A DNA stretch of 64,000 bases from Eledone cirrhosa (GCA_964016885.1 OZ024745.1:61566001-61630000), one strand, 5' to 3'. Positions 29,693-42,268 are shown, numbered from the stretch's first letter. Numbers and translations: made by a program. Notes: generated by a model from the letters alone, not told the origin.

Positions 29693-30229
29693 ACACATAT
29701 ATATATATATAAATATGAGCATACATACACGTGCACACACACATTATATCTTATAATGATTGGGACACAGAGTTTTATCTATGACTTTTTCAACCAACGG
29801 TAGAATAACCCAATGGAAAGCTAAACTCGGAGTCCCAGTCAAGCCAAGATATATAATTGTACTTGATACTAATATTTAATTCACTCTCCTACCTTCCATC
29901 ACCCGTGAAAACAGCTGCGAGATGTTTGACCTTTTCCACCTGTCTAAATGGCACTCCACTCACATGCGGAGTTCACAGCATAGAATTTCTAGAGAGGTCG
30001 AGTAAATCCCCAGCTTTAGCATTCTGTCATAAAAAGAAGGGAGGTAGGTATAAAAAGCCAAATTCCCTATATTTAATTCGATGTCCGTGCCAAACGTTAC
30101 CACTGGTTATGAATCGTGAGTAATGACCAAAAGAATATGATAGAGAAAAAAATAAACGGCCGAAATGGGAGTCCACCGAAGGGTCTTTGGAGTAACGTTA
30201 CTCGATAGAGTGCATAATTTGTAGATCAA

Positions 30230-30540
30230 GAAGTCACTCCATGTCAAGCCGCTACTTTTACAAATCATGAGATCACAACTCCGGTATTACGACATGTAGT
30301 CAGACTTTCTAAGGAAAGAATTTCTAGAAAGATCTCATGAGCAAAGCCAACCGATTGGCGACCCAAAGATAGGCTACGGGCAATATAGTTGGATAACATC
30401 CATGTGCTCGGTTGGTCTCGCTTGGCAATAGAGCAGGATAGTTTGGAAGCAATGGTTTCTGATAAGACCTTCCGGAAGATGTTTCTGAGGACTCTGCCCC
30501 ACGATCCTCATTGGAATAAGTGGGTGCAAAAGAAGACTAT
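30230..30540 (+). mobile_element. Decayed LINE 3' fragment (RTE-like)
   Basis: SQLRYY.HVVR homology. The same segment is present inverted at 30755-30885. Confidence 0.5.
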
Positions 30541-30754
30541 TATAAGAGCTTATATAGATTATTGTAAATGATGTTATTGCTATTGCTAATTAGCACGAAC
30601 CCGTCAAGCCTACGCTGTATGCAAATGAATATCTCCATAAATGTGTTATCTGCAAAAATCTACATAAGATATTAGGCTATTTTGCCACAGAACAGAGTGA
30701 ATAAACGCCACTGAAAACGAATACTTATTATGAAATACTAGTGTTTCTATAGCG

Positions 30755-30885
30755 AGACGTCGGCTGGCTTTGCTCATGAGATCTTTCCAGCAATTCTTTC
30801 CTGAGAATGTCTGACCACATGTCCGTAATACCGGAGTTGTGATCTTGCGATTTGGATATCTCGGATTTGACGTTGAGTATTAAGT
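30755..30885 (-). mobile_element. LINE fragment, inverted copy of 30260-30352
   Basis: Translation IQIARSQLRYYGHVVRHSQERIA, with reverse-complement similarity to 30260-30352. Confidence 0.55.
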
Positions 30886-30899
30886 TGTTTAATTAACTG

Positions 30900-31497
30900 T
30901 AACCCATGCCAGCGCTGTACAAAACCTGCCGTTTGATCACTGGTTGCCTGAAGCCTACCAACCCGAACAACCTGCATCTCCTCGGTGGCATTGCCCCTGC
31001 AGATGTGAGACGGGAAGCTGCCAGCCGAGTAGAGATCACAAAGGCTATCAGTGAACCTCCGGCCCAACGACTGAAGTCAAGGAGAAGCTTCCTCAGCCAT
31101 GTCCAGCCCCTAACAACATCTCAGGAAGAAACCAGACTACAGCTATGGACTAGAAAGCTAGAGAATGACTCCCCTCCTATTGACATGGGAATCCCCTCTT
31201 CTGAAGCCCTCCCTACTGGCTCAGAAGCACTATGGGTCCAGTGGAAGACACTCAACCGTCTGAGAACAGGAATGGGGCGATCAAAAGCTGCTATGGCCAG
31301 ATGGGGCTACAAGACTGGCCCAACCATCTGCGAATGTGGAGAGGAGTACCATACGATGCAGCACTGCCTTGTTTGCCCTCTACTAACCAACCAGTGCAGC
31401 TTAAAAGACCTCGCAGAATTTAATAATAATGCAACTGTATAAAGAAATGGGAAACTGTCATATAACCACATGCTTCGAAGATACAAAAAGAAGAAGA
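30900..31497 (+). mobile_element. 5'-truncated Vingi/Ingi-type LINE 3' end (ORF 30906-31442)
   Basis: TCRLITGCLKPT...GIAPADVRR...LKSRRSF...WKTLNRLRTGMGRSK...WGY...CECG...QH...CP matches my recollection of Vingi C-termini with a zinc knuckle. It has an A/GAA-rich tail. Confidence 0.75.
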
Positions 31498-34083
31498 TTA
31501 ACTGCAGTGTTTGCTCATTAAATTAGCGAGTAAGTTAATGAGTATTACACAGAAACATGTACGCTTAATGCGATCTACAAGCAGACTAAGCGTAACAGTG
31601 TAGGATATGACTGAATGCTTGAATTAAAATCCGATAGGTTTCAGCACAATCTTTGACAATCCAATTTCACTCTCAAGGCTTACATCGACACGAGGTTACA
31701 GCAAATGTCACTTAGTGATGACGCCACGCGGTGGGATCGTTTTCGGAACCTCATGAATGTGAATTGGTCTTCATAACCATTCCACCATACTGCATCCATG
31801 CCACATTTTTACATTGCATTTATAGAAACAATATTGTAAAATTGTTTAAATAATTGTTAGTATGATAATAATAAGGTATCATTATTTCAGTAATGCACTG
31901 GGTAATTGCTGACCTTGTGCCTAAAGTAGAAACAATTATTTCGTAATGTTTCATTGCATCTTGCTTTGGATAATTGTCTGTTAAATTATTACATACATCC
32001 ATTATTGGTTTTGTCCTACGTTTGCTCTTGTTTAGTCAAATTCAGCTCTCATCCAGTATTCAAGCAGACTAACTTGTATTTTCTTCCTGTATAGTATATC
32101 TTAGACTACATTATCTCTATTTTCTCAAATATATTAGCTATGTGTCTGACTTAATATAACAAACACACACGCACAATTGTGTGTGAGTGTGTGTATATGT
32201 GTGTCTTCCATACACAAGTATAAATAAATTGTTAGAAAATTCACAAATAATTCTTAGTTGCGCCATCAATAAATACATTGTGTCACATTTACAGGAGAGG
32301 CAAAATATGTGGAAAATACCGTTCCTTTTAGTTTAATGACTCTCAAATATACGACTGCGAAGATCAAAATCAAATTTATATTCATACAGGAATCCTTAAG
32401 AAACCGCCATTAGTTCTTGATACTCTATTAAGTAAAAATAGAAAATATAAATATACAAATTTATCAGTTATAATTTTATGAATTCAAATGCTAGAATTCA
32501 CAAAAAAAAAAAAATAGTTATAAAGAAATTGTTGATATTAGCTAACGTTTTGGCAATCGATAGTTTTCCTGCTGGTGTATTTGCCAATAATAACAGTAAA
32601 TGGGAAATTATTGCGTAAAAGCCTGACCAAGAGATAATAAAAGTTCCCTAGATTTTAATATAACAATCAGTATTCGCCCGAACCCATCTATTATGAGACA
32701 TTAAATATCTGATCGGTCCCAGTAGGAATCTATTATCAGTTGAAGTAACACCTTTAAAAATTCATATACATAAAATAAAAATATAAAACATAATATTCAT
32801 TCTATTTTTTCAGAAGTTTTCAATTCAGACCGACCACCTGTTTGCATCGATCTGAAAATATTTAACAAAGTCATCTGTTTTCTGCTTTGTGAAATGAATT
32901 CTTATTTTAATCTGACAGCTTGATAGTACAGTCCCTGCATCATGGCGGAAAGAAAAATGAAAGAAAAAGCATTTTGATTTCTGTCAACTATATAAACGTC
33001 TACTACTATAATAACGACGGTGACGACTACGACAACGATGATGATAATAGTAATAGTAGATATAGTAATAATAATAATAATAATAATAAGAAAACTCGTA
33101 GAAAAACTCGTGGATTTACATGTACATAAAGAAAAAGAAAATATCACAACTAAACTACTGCCCACACATGACGTAGAGTACTTTCAATTGAATAGAAGAA
33201 ACACAAAATCCCAACAAAACATTCTACATAATCAAGGTGCACAGAGCAGAATTCCGTAGTGGAGTGAATGCACATAATACAAATAAGACTACTGCAAACA
33301 AAATAAATAAATAAAAATGATACACGTAATAATGACCATAACTATGGTAACTGTAGAAAAGAATGCAGAAAAGAATCCATTTGCAATTATCTACATATCC
33401 ACCAAGGTATGTTGCCGAAATAAATCACCTAATGGATTACTTGCTAATGCTCGGGAATCCAGGTCAAATTCTGTTATAGAGGCTGAAAACCTGTGAATAA
33501 AATGATAATTTCTTTCAATTTGATGCAAGGGCGATTATGTATAAAGTGATTGATAAAAATTGTTTGAATCGAATCCAGGATCTTACGGGGAACTGATTTA
33601 TTAACCCACAGGATAGAAAGACAAATACAATTTCAGTTGGCTATCAACACCCGCACACACGCTAACACACAGACAGACACGCACTCAAGTGAATGCGTGC
33701 ATACACACATTCCTAACAATATATTCGATTGATTCTTTTGCCGAGTCTCTTTCACAGCAGTTGGCCACTGTAGGATAGAAAAAGGCGAGTTAGTTTGTGT
33801 AGGAAGTTAACAGTGAGTCAAAAGTCAGTTACATACGCCTACATACATACATACATATTCATGCAAATAAATATAAATGTATGTAATGTATATACACAAA
33901 TATATAATATATACATTTATTAGAACCATTTGAAGCAGAAGCTTTATCAATCGATACTTTAACGTTGTCGATTATTCAAACGATTCAAATAAAGGAAGCT
34001 TCGTGACAACATATAAGCAGAAATATTCGTAAACACTATTTTTCCTTTTCGTAAACAATCTTTAAGCAAACTTTATCCCTCCC

Positions 34084-34210
34084 ATGTATGTATGTATGTA
34101 TGTATGTATGTATGTATGTATGTATGTATGTATGTATGTATGTATGTATGTATGTATGTATGTATGTATGTATGTATGTATGTATGTATGTATGTTTGTA
34201 TGTATGTATG
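34084..34210. repeat. (TATG)n microsatellite, left flank of R4/Dong element
   Basis: Seen directly. Confidence 0.97.
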
Positions 34211-37200
34211 TTATCTCTTTCTCTTAATTTCGAGTATATTTTTTTTGATCGGCCACCTTCCTGGTGGCAAGGTTGTAAAAGAAAAGAAATTGTCATCCCT
34301 TGAATCGCAAGAAAGTTTTGCAAATTTTGAAGGTGCCAGCTATCGCAGCCATTTGTAGACTATGAATTAGGGAGCCGCGCTTTTTGTCCGCAAATCCAAG
34401 TTCAGTCATACTTTGGTCCAAGCGGGTTGGTATATAACCCGTAGCTCCAATAATGATGGGTATGAAGCTAAAGGTGTATCTTGGATACTGGATTTGTAAA
34501 CTCCTCATCAATGGTCCGTAGATGTCCTCCTTCTCCTGTATTTTTCTGACAACGTTTACATCAAGTGGGCAGCTGATCTCCACAACAGAACACATTTTCA
34601 ATGTGTGGTCCCAAACAACAATATCAGGCCGGTTGTGCTTTAATTTGGTGGCAGTTTTTATTTTCAGGTTCCACCAGTATTCCTTAGTGCCATCTGTCTC
34701 AATATATTTTTCCTCGTTTGTTGTTAATTTTGTTTTCCGAAGTGCGTTCCAGATGGTTCTAGCTATCCCATCGTGTCTCATGGGGAGGTAGTAGCGAGAT
34801 GACATTCTTTCGCAGCTGGCAACAATGTGGCTTACATCCTCGAACTTTGTTTTACATAGCCTACACTTATTGTCAGCTGCTGGCCCTCCTCTTTTGTGCA
34901 GCACATATTTGGTAGGGAGTTCTTGTTCCTGTATTGCATAGAGATATCCTTCAAGGTGTGATGTCATAAACTTGTCGGAACTCCATGCCAGGCTTTTTGA
35001 GTGGTTTATCCCCTCTATGGTCTGTGTTTTACGTCTCAAGTATCCATGCACAACTTTTTCTGTAAATTGGTCAATTTTTTCATCTTGTTTGAACATTGAA
35101 TAGGATCTTCCGATTTCTCTGGGTGAGAGATTTATATCAGGCTTTATTCCATATCTCTCCTCCAGATCAGTCGCTATTCTAATGATTTTTTTTTTCATGC
35201 TCATAAACCTGGGCAAGATGGTTGGCAACCTTTTTCGTCTGTTGAAGGTGTTGCTTCAGTGTTACTATCATATGTTGTTAATATTGATTTTAGACCCCGG
35301 CCACCTTCCTTGCGTGAGAAGTATAGCCTATTCACATCACCATTGATGTTAAAGTTCCCAGTAACACTGAGAAGTTTGCGAGTTCTAACATCCATCTCAC
35401 TTAGTTCTTGCAATGACCAGTTCAGCAGGCCAAATGTTGGCGTTAGAATTGGCACAGCATAAGTATTGTGGGCAATGTATTTGTTGTACTCTGACAGTTC
35501 TGATGACCATATTTTCTTTACTCTTCTGAGGTATTCAGTTCTGGTTCTCTCCTTATTTATGGGTCCATCATATCTGAAATTCTCATCCTGTCCAAGATAT
35601 CTGTAGTTGTCACCTGACTGTAGAGGTTGTATTGTCAGGCCGTTCATCTCTAGATTTCTAGAGGAGGGCACAGCTCTTCCACGTTTTACTGCCAAATATG
35701 CACACTTGGACTCACCAAATTTCATTTTGATGTCTGTTGAAAATTGTTTCTTGATGTCATTGATATTTGGCCATACAACTTCAGGTCATCAACAAAGAAA
35801 AGATGGGAGATACTTCTGGACCCACTTCTTTGTCCACCTTGTTTCCTGAGTAGGTAAGATAGTGGATTCAGTGAGAGAACGAAGAGTAGCACTGACAAGC
35901 TATCACCCTGAAAGATGCCCTTCTGGTAATGTATCTTATCAGTCTTAACTTGCTTCTTCTCACCTCTAAGGATCAAATTGGTGAACCAGTTCTTGGTCAG
36001 GCGTTCAACAGCAGCTACCAATGGTTGTGGGACTTTGGCTAACTGTAAAGCCTTAATAATCCACCCATGAGGTACACTATCAAATGCTTTTTGATAGTCC
36101 AGCCACACCACAGTCATGTTTCTGCGATTCTTTGTTGTTTTTTCCTGAATCATTTTGTTAGTTAGTAGGTGATCTATGCAACCCCACACCTCACTCTTTC
36201 CACCAGCTTGCTCAGGTGTTATTATGTTGTTGGTAGCACAGTGATCCTGTAAGAACAGGTTAAGGCACCCAGTATATAATTTATACATGATGTTTTGGCA
36301 GGCTATTGGGCGGTAATTTTTAGCAAGGGTGGTTTGGCTATTTTTGGGAATGAGGAGAGTAGTGGCAGTTGATAACCATCTGGGCAGTTCTTGTGTGCTT
36401 TTAATGGTTTCTGTAAACAGCCGTATGAGATCTTGCCGATAGAAAGTCAAATTCTTCAACCAGTATCCTGTAATGAGGTCTGGGCCTGGCGATTTCCTAT
36501 TCGACATTTTCTGTAGAGCTGTTTCCAATATTGACCCATCTATGTCATATTGTTTTGTCTGGACATGTTGGCAGTAGTCCTGTTCCAGTTCTTTTAGCCA
36601 ATTAGTTTGTCTGTTGAATCCGTCATCCGTTTCTCATACAGATCTCCAGTAGCTCTCAACCTGTTCTTTTGAAGGGGTGTCATTTACATGGATTGAGCTT
36701 TTGCCACCGAAGCTGCGATAAACTGATTTAGGATCTCTGGCAAACAATCTATTTAGCACTTGTCGTTTATGTGCTGTTGACTTATATTTTAGTCTTTCTG
36801 TTGTAGCTGTGAGTTGTTGTTTCAACTGGTGTAATTTGGAGTTCAAAGTTTTAAATTTTGTATCTCCAAATCGTCTCTCTAACTTTTTTTTAGGTCTTCC
36901 TGGTGTCGTGTGAAGCTGCTCTCTATGTTGCATTTCATAACGACTGCGATGTGTGAGATACTTCGTCTCAGGGACAAATTTTGCTTTTTAAATTTCGCAT
37001 CCACGCTGGTTCAGGCTTTCTGTTTGCGTGGTTTTAGATGTGTGTTATATGATAACAATGTGACAGCTGAAACATATAACAAAATATTAAGCGTTTCAAA
37101 TGTGGTTTCTACACCGTTAGATCGTATAGCCTTCAGATAATTGCCAGCTATTTCGTTCACCGCTTCCAATTCCAATTTAGTGGGTTCTTTACTGATTCTG

Positions 37201-38153
37201 GTGTTGTATGGTCTGTCACTCACATTAAGGCTGTGTATCTCTTGAAACATATCGTTCCATATCACTTGTAAGGTGTCCACAAGTTTTTGGTGTTCTGTTT
37301 GTTCAGTAGAGTCATGAATTTCAGCCTCGTTGTTGATGTGGTGACAATTATTACTAGAGTTAGCTGACCTTTCTCGCTGTTCTTCAGTGGAAGTGGGATG
37401 GATTTCAGCAAAATTGTTGGTGAGCTGTTCATTGTTAGATTTAGCTGGCCATTCTCTTTGTCTGTCAGTGGAGGTGGGGTGGTTGTCTACAAGGGCTGTA
37501 TTTGTAGTATCACTCAATTCCGTTAGATGTATCAATTTACATCTAATGATACGTTTTGCCTGTTCATTTAAATGCTTTGGAGAAAAGTTTAATTCTGGGT
37601 GTTTGGAGTTCCATAAAGTTTTTAGCCTTTGCATAAAACCAAACTTTTGGGGTTCAGATTGTATGCTTCATATAATTCTTTGTTAAGCTCGTAGCTCCAC
37701 TGTATACAACGGTTGTAGTTGCGATTTGGTCGAAGGAGACTTGTACTTTTTGCCATGATGAGTTCGTCTATTCACTAATATTTCGTATTTATTTTTCAAA
37801 ATAGTCGATGATCTTCTTTAAAAGTTTCGACAAAGTTCTGTCAGAATCAACTTATTCACAACATATTCACAGTTCAAACACTTAGGTTTTTGTTTCTGAA
37901 TCGAAAACGTTACTTGTATATTTCTTTATAAATGTAATATAACAACGTTGCATTTATATGTTAAAGTGTATGTATCGTTCATATAAATAGGTATTTTACA
38001 ACACACTTACAGTTCAAACACTTATGTAGAATTATTGTATGTAATCTTACCGCGTAATGTAGCTCAACTTTTTCCAATATATGGTATGTTGCCTTCATGT
38101 AAGCCGTAATTACACACGTCCGATTATAGGACACTGACCACAACGGTCGCCAT
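34211..38153 (-). mobile_element. Full-length R4/Dong-clade non-LTR retrotransposon inserted in (CATA)n
   Basis: A single frameshifted ORF with RT and RLE. Both ends abut (TATG)n tracts. The 3' UTR has a hairpin gccacc-aggaa-ggtggc. Confidence 0.9.
34293..37756 (-). pseudogene. Frameshifted RT-zinc knuckle-RLE polyprotein
   Basis: N-terminal WSYELNKELYEAY..MQRLKTLW, then KSPGPDLITGYWLK, NYRPIAC, WLDYQKAFDSVPH, FQGDSLS, LFFVDDLKLY, GGRGL, CRLC..HIVASC and RPDIVVWD..EISCP..K. The coding sequence is split across the ORFs 37011-37634, 36634-36933, 35722-36528, 35201-35725 and 34293-35228. Confidence 0.9.
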
Positions 38154-38240
38154 TATGTATGTATGTATGTATGTATGTATGTATGTATGTATGTATGTAT
38201 GTATGTATGTATGTATGTATGTATGTATGTATGTATGTAT
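38154..38240. repeat. (TATG)n microsatellite, right flank of R4/Dong element
   Basis: Seen directly. Confidence 0.97.
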
Positions 38241-38370
38241 AAAAGAAATAGGATTTCGCTTCAAGCATAGCTTTATACAATATGTATAAATATTTCGTAT
38301 CTCCAAAGAAATACGGTTTTAGGAAGCCGTAGCTATGCAAAAAGTCCAGCAGTGGCAAGCGGTGGGAGGG

Positions 38371-38414
38371 ACCGTCCTGACGAAGGCCAGTTAAGCCTGA
38401 AATGCATAGACGGT
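38371..38414 (+). ncRNA. Minimal type I hammerhead ribozyme (copy 1)
   Basis: ACCGUC-CUGACGA-AGGC(CAGUUAA)GCCU-GAAA-UGCA-UA-GACGGU gives an intact core, stem I, a 4-bp stem II and a palindromic AUGCAU stem III. Predicted cleavage is after 38408. Confidence 0.88.
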
Positions 38415-38692
38415 TGTACCCCTTGCTTCTGCTGGACATCACCAAAGGGCGTTAGCACCCCGGAGTTTGCATAGCTACGGCTTCCTAAAACCGTATTTCT
38501 TTGGAGATACGAAATATTTATACATATTGTATAAAGCTATGCTTGAAGCGAAATCCTATTTTTTAAAATTATAAGTTGAGCCAACTTATGCAGCTTCATA
38601 TGCAAATGAGATTAATCACCTCATTTAGACAGACGAGAAAAGTATATATTCTCGCCTGTATTCTAGTCCGGCAGTCGCAAGCGGTGGGAGGG

Positions 38693-38736
38693 ACCGTCCT
38701 GACGAAAGCCAGTTAAGCCTGAAATGCATAGACGGT
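38693..38736 (+). ncRNA. Minimal type I hammerhead ribozyme (copy 2)
   Basis: ACCGUC-CUGACGA-AAGC(CAGUUAA)GCCU-GAAA-UGCA-UA-GACGGU has an intact core and one A-C mismatch in stem II. Predicted cleavage is after 38730. Confidence 0.8.
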
Positions 38737-38853
38737 TGTCCCCCTTGCTTCTGTTGCACATCACCAGAGGGCGTTAACCCCCCCGTTGTTTGCATAGCTA
38801 CGGCTTCCTAAGCTTCCTAAAACCGTACTTCTTTGGAGATACGAAATATTTAT

Positions 38854-38897
<44 letters not shown>

Positions 38898-39039
38898 TTA
38901 TATCTTCTATGACCTGAAACTATAGGTTGATCGGTTAGGAAATTAATATGCAGTGTCACAAAACGAGCGTGGGGCCAATTTTGTTTAAGTCACCCTATAT
39001 ATATATAGAAGATATAGAGCTCATAAAGACAAGACCACA

Positions 39040-39370
39040 ACAGAAGCTCCAACATCGGATTTTCAGTGTGAAACACTACTACAAGTGTGGTTCGTACAAG
39101 CAGGTCCAGGAGCAATGTCATGTATTTTTGGGAACGGATAACTCTTTCTAGAAAGCCAATATATAAAACTGGATGAAGAAGTTTGAGACCTATGAGATAG
39201 TAGAGAACTGTCAATACAATATCTCAGGACCGTCCTAATCACCAAGAAAATGTACACAGGAAGTTATTGACATGCTCCGAGAGTCTGTTGAAAAGACCCC
39301 AAAACGATTGCTACACTGAAGCTAATCCTTGGGTCACTACACAGAAACTTGCAGAAGTGTTATGAAAATC
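39040..39370 (+). pseudogene. Decayed Tc1/mariner-like transposase N-terminal HTH fragment
   Basis: HRIFSVKHYYKCGSYKQVQEQ...IYKL..KFET...SG.P...V.KTPK resembles the N-terminus of DUF4817-type transposases. It is frameshifted. Confidence 0.5.
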
Positions 39371-39578
39371 GATCTAAGAAATCAACTATCGGTTACCAAA
39401 TATCGATTCCGGTAAAGCCAACGGAAGATAAGAACTAATCATCAGAGGAAATAGTATTTACATATGTCCTATATTGTACAAAATACCTTTATATCTGTTG
39501 AGAGGAGATAGTCTGTATAAGCTTTCGTTGGCTTTACCGGAATGGATAGTTGGTAATCGATAGTTGAATGCTTAGATC
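39371..39578. repeat. Inverted repeat (~57-bp arms, ~94-bp spacer)
   Basis: gatctaagaaatcaactatcggttaccaaatatcgattccggtaaagccaacggaag versus ctttcgttggctttaccggaatggatagttggtaatcgatagttgaatgcttagatc. Confidence 0.85.
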
Positions 39579-39853
39579 TATTTTGCCTTTTGCCTAGTTC
39601 TTCTGGACGATGAAACTGTACTTTAAGAAAAGTATTGCATTTTTCACCTTAAAGTATGTAAATTTTCCTGAATATTACTTGTATTATATATGTGTATAAA
39701 ATACTATGTGCTTCTCAAACGATATACAACTCATTTTCTCTCTAAATATATGTTTTAAATTTGAATTATTGATGACCTCAACTAAATTTCATTGAGCTTA
39801 CTTAATGAGAAGCATGATCATCATACATATTAAAAAGTTTTGATACCTCAACA

Positions 39854-39915
<62 letters not shown>

Positions 39916-41891
39916 TAGATTACGCTTTGCATGTGACGCTATTTTTCAGGCATATGTAAACAAAGATGGCCGACGCTATTAACGCGAACTCTCGTTAGGT
40001 ATAAGGAGGATAACCCTGTGTCTTAATTAGCTTTTTGTTGTTTACGTAATGCAAGGGAATAACTATTGCTAATATCATTGTGAATCAATATTAATTAAAC
40101 TCTATTCCAAAGTTAGGGCTAAAGACTTTTGCTAATATGGTGTATCATGATGTGTATTAGAGTCAATCACTGATTATGTGTGTATCTGTTAGTGTGTGAA
40201 GGCCCTCAGCCGTATCTTGGCGTGAATTTCTCTAAGGTTTTTGATGGTCTGTGATATTACTATGGAATTGATTATTAATCGTCTGGTCAATGTTTGTATG
40301 TGTTGTATCTTATATATGTGCGTTTGTATGTAACTATACGTATCCTGGTGTTGTGCTTAAGGCGGTTGTAGGTTCATGATAGTGCTGGCACACACCGCAA
40401 GCATCTGTTTGATCTTATGTGGGCTTTTTCTGAACAACACAGTCTTACTGTTCAGATATATGGTGGAATACTTTAAGCCTTGTAATATCCTGTATTTTTT
40501 CGCTAATGCAAAGCGAATGTGTTTCTTTCCTTTAATATACGGCCTGGTAAACCAAGATGCTCCATTCTACATCGTATGGCATGTTCATATCTTTATACTT
40601 CCATACAATAGTAGCCAGTGCCGTTTATCTTTTCAGATGCTGATGTCTAAATGACGCTATATGTGAGTAGTACCGCTATTAGAAAAGTCCTGAGTCATTC
40701 CCACATATCCTTCATTTGCGCTCGGCTGGCCCTTCCCATATTTACAATCGTGGCTTCGTAGACCACTGATCTTATGTTACATTTAAAGCGACGAATTAGC
40801 AGGCTCATAAGAGCATCGTAGTACATGCCCTGCACTATTTGTTGAGGTTTTCTCCGTTGTGGGTTCAAATCCCACTGAAGTTTACTTTGCCTTACAAACG
40901 TTTGTGGTCGATCAGATAAAATTGAAGTGGGGAACTGATGACATTGTTAGTTCTTCGAACGAGATTCCTTGTGGTATTCGTATCGGTACTTTGCATTCTA
41001 CGTTCTTGCACGGTATAGTTAGTATGTTAACATCATTAGGTTTTTTTCTTGGGTGTCTTTAGTGAAGTTTACTCTTCTGCAAGGATTCACGCCACATATC
41101 AAGTTTCAAATATCACCCACAGATAAAGATTGATAGATTCTGCCCTTCCATCTATAACTAAGTCGTAAATAAAAGTGTGTTATCTCGGATGATAGCATCT
41201 CTCTTGCTATCATCTGGGGTAAAGCATTCGCAATTCTGTCTGCTGGGACAAAGCGCTACACCCAGGAGATGTTTTGGAAAGGGCATGAGTTAATAGAACC
41301 CTTTTATAAGGATAACAGTTGTAGTTTACGATCAAAACAGACTGAGCATTTTGATATTTATACATTGTTTACAAAATAATAAAAACAAATTCAAACCCTT
41401 CAAAAAACCCGAATTGTCAGTTACAGACCCTTAGCTAACTTGGTATATTTTTATAACATAAACCAATAAAGAAAAATGTTTTGAAGTCTTTTCTGCCTAC
41501 AATATATCTTTACCGCCTGAAAAACAAGTTGGTTTATAAACAAAACTTAGTGTGCAATCTTTTCCTATTTCCTACACCTACGTTTTGAATCTAGTGTACT
41601 TTCTTTTTTGCCTTTTTCTGTATTTTTTGTCTTATCATTTTTCATTATTATTAGTAGCAGTGTAGTTATGATGACGACGATAATGATGATGATAATGATG
41701 ATGATGGTGATGATGATGATCATGTTTAAACTATCTTTCTGAGTTAATTGCATTGGAGATTTGCTTCAACAAATAGATTTTGTGAAGGACAATTCTCTTT
41801 GGATTAAAGCGTTCAGCGACTGTAACGTCATTCTACATAATAGTACGCACACACACGCACACACACGCACGCACGCACGCACACACACACA

Positions 41892-41949
<58 letters not shown>

Positions 41950-42012
41950 TATATACACGCACGCGCACATCTGCAACATTAGTAAGAACAGCATTTAAAA
42001 TATAATTGCTAC

Positions 42013-42058
<46 letters not shown>

Positions 42059-42268
42059 GTTGGTGAAACCACGCTTCTTATCGCCTCCAGTTTTTTTCAA
42101 CGTTTTACCTCGTTTTCAACCGTTCTAAACCTTTTATTCAAGTTTTAAATTTGATAAAAGTTTAGAAGTGACCCACCTAATACAGGGGTTCACTCGTAAA
42201 TAATACGGCACCTCTTTACGGGGTGTCGTATTTGTGTAAAAATATTTTTTGAAAAAAAAAATTTCAAC

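Larger units (their letters stand above)
38246..38854 (+). mobile_element. Non-autonomous Penelope-like pLTR / retrozyme with tandem hammerheads
   Basis: A direct repeat (38343-38524 versus 38665-38854, offset 322) plus a perfect 96-bp inverted repeat (38246-38341 / 38466-38561). Microsatellites flank both sides. Confidence 0.8.

Noticed and set aside
38154-38414. Hammerhead acting as the 5'-processing ribozyme of the adjacent Dong-like element
   Set aside because: The hammerheads are on the + strand and the retrotransposon is on the - strand, separated by (TATG)n. Independent insertions into the same microsatellite are more likely.
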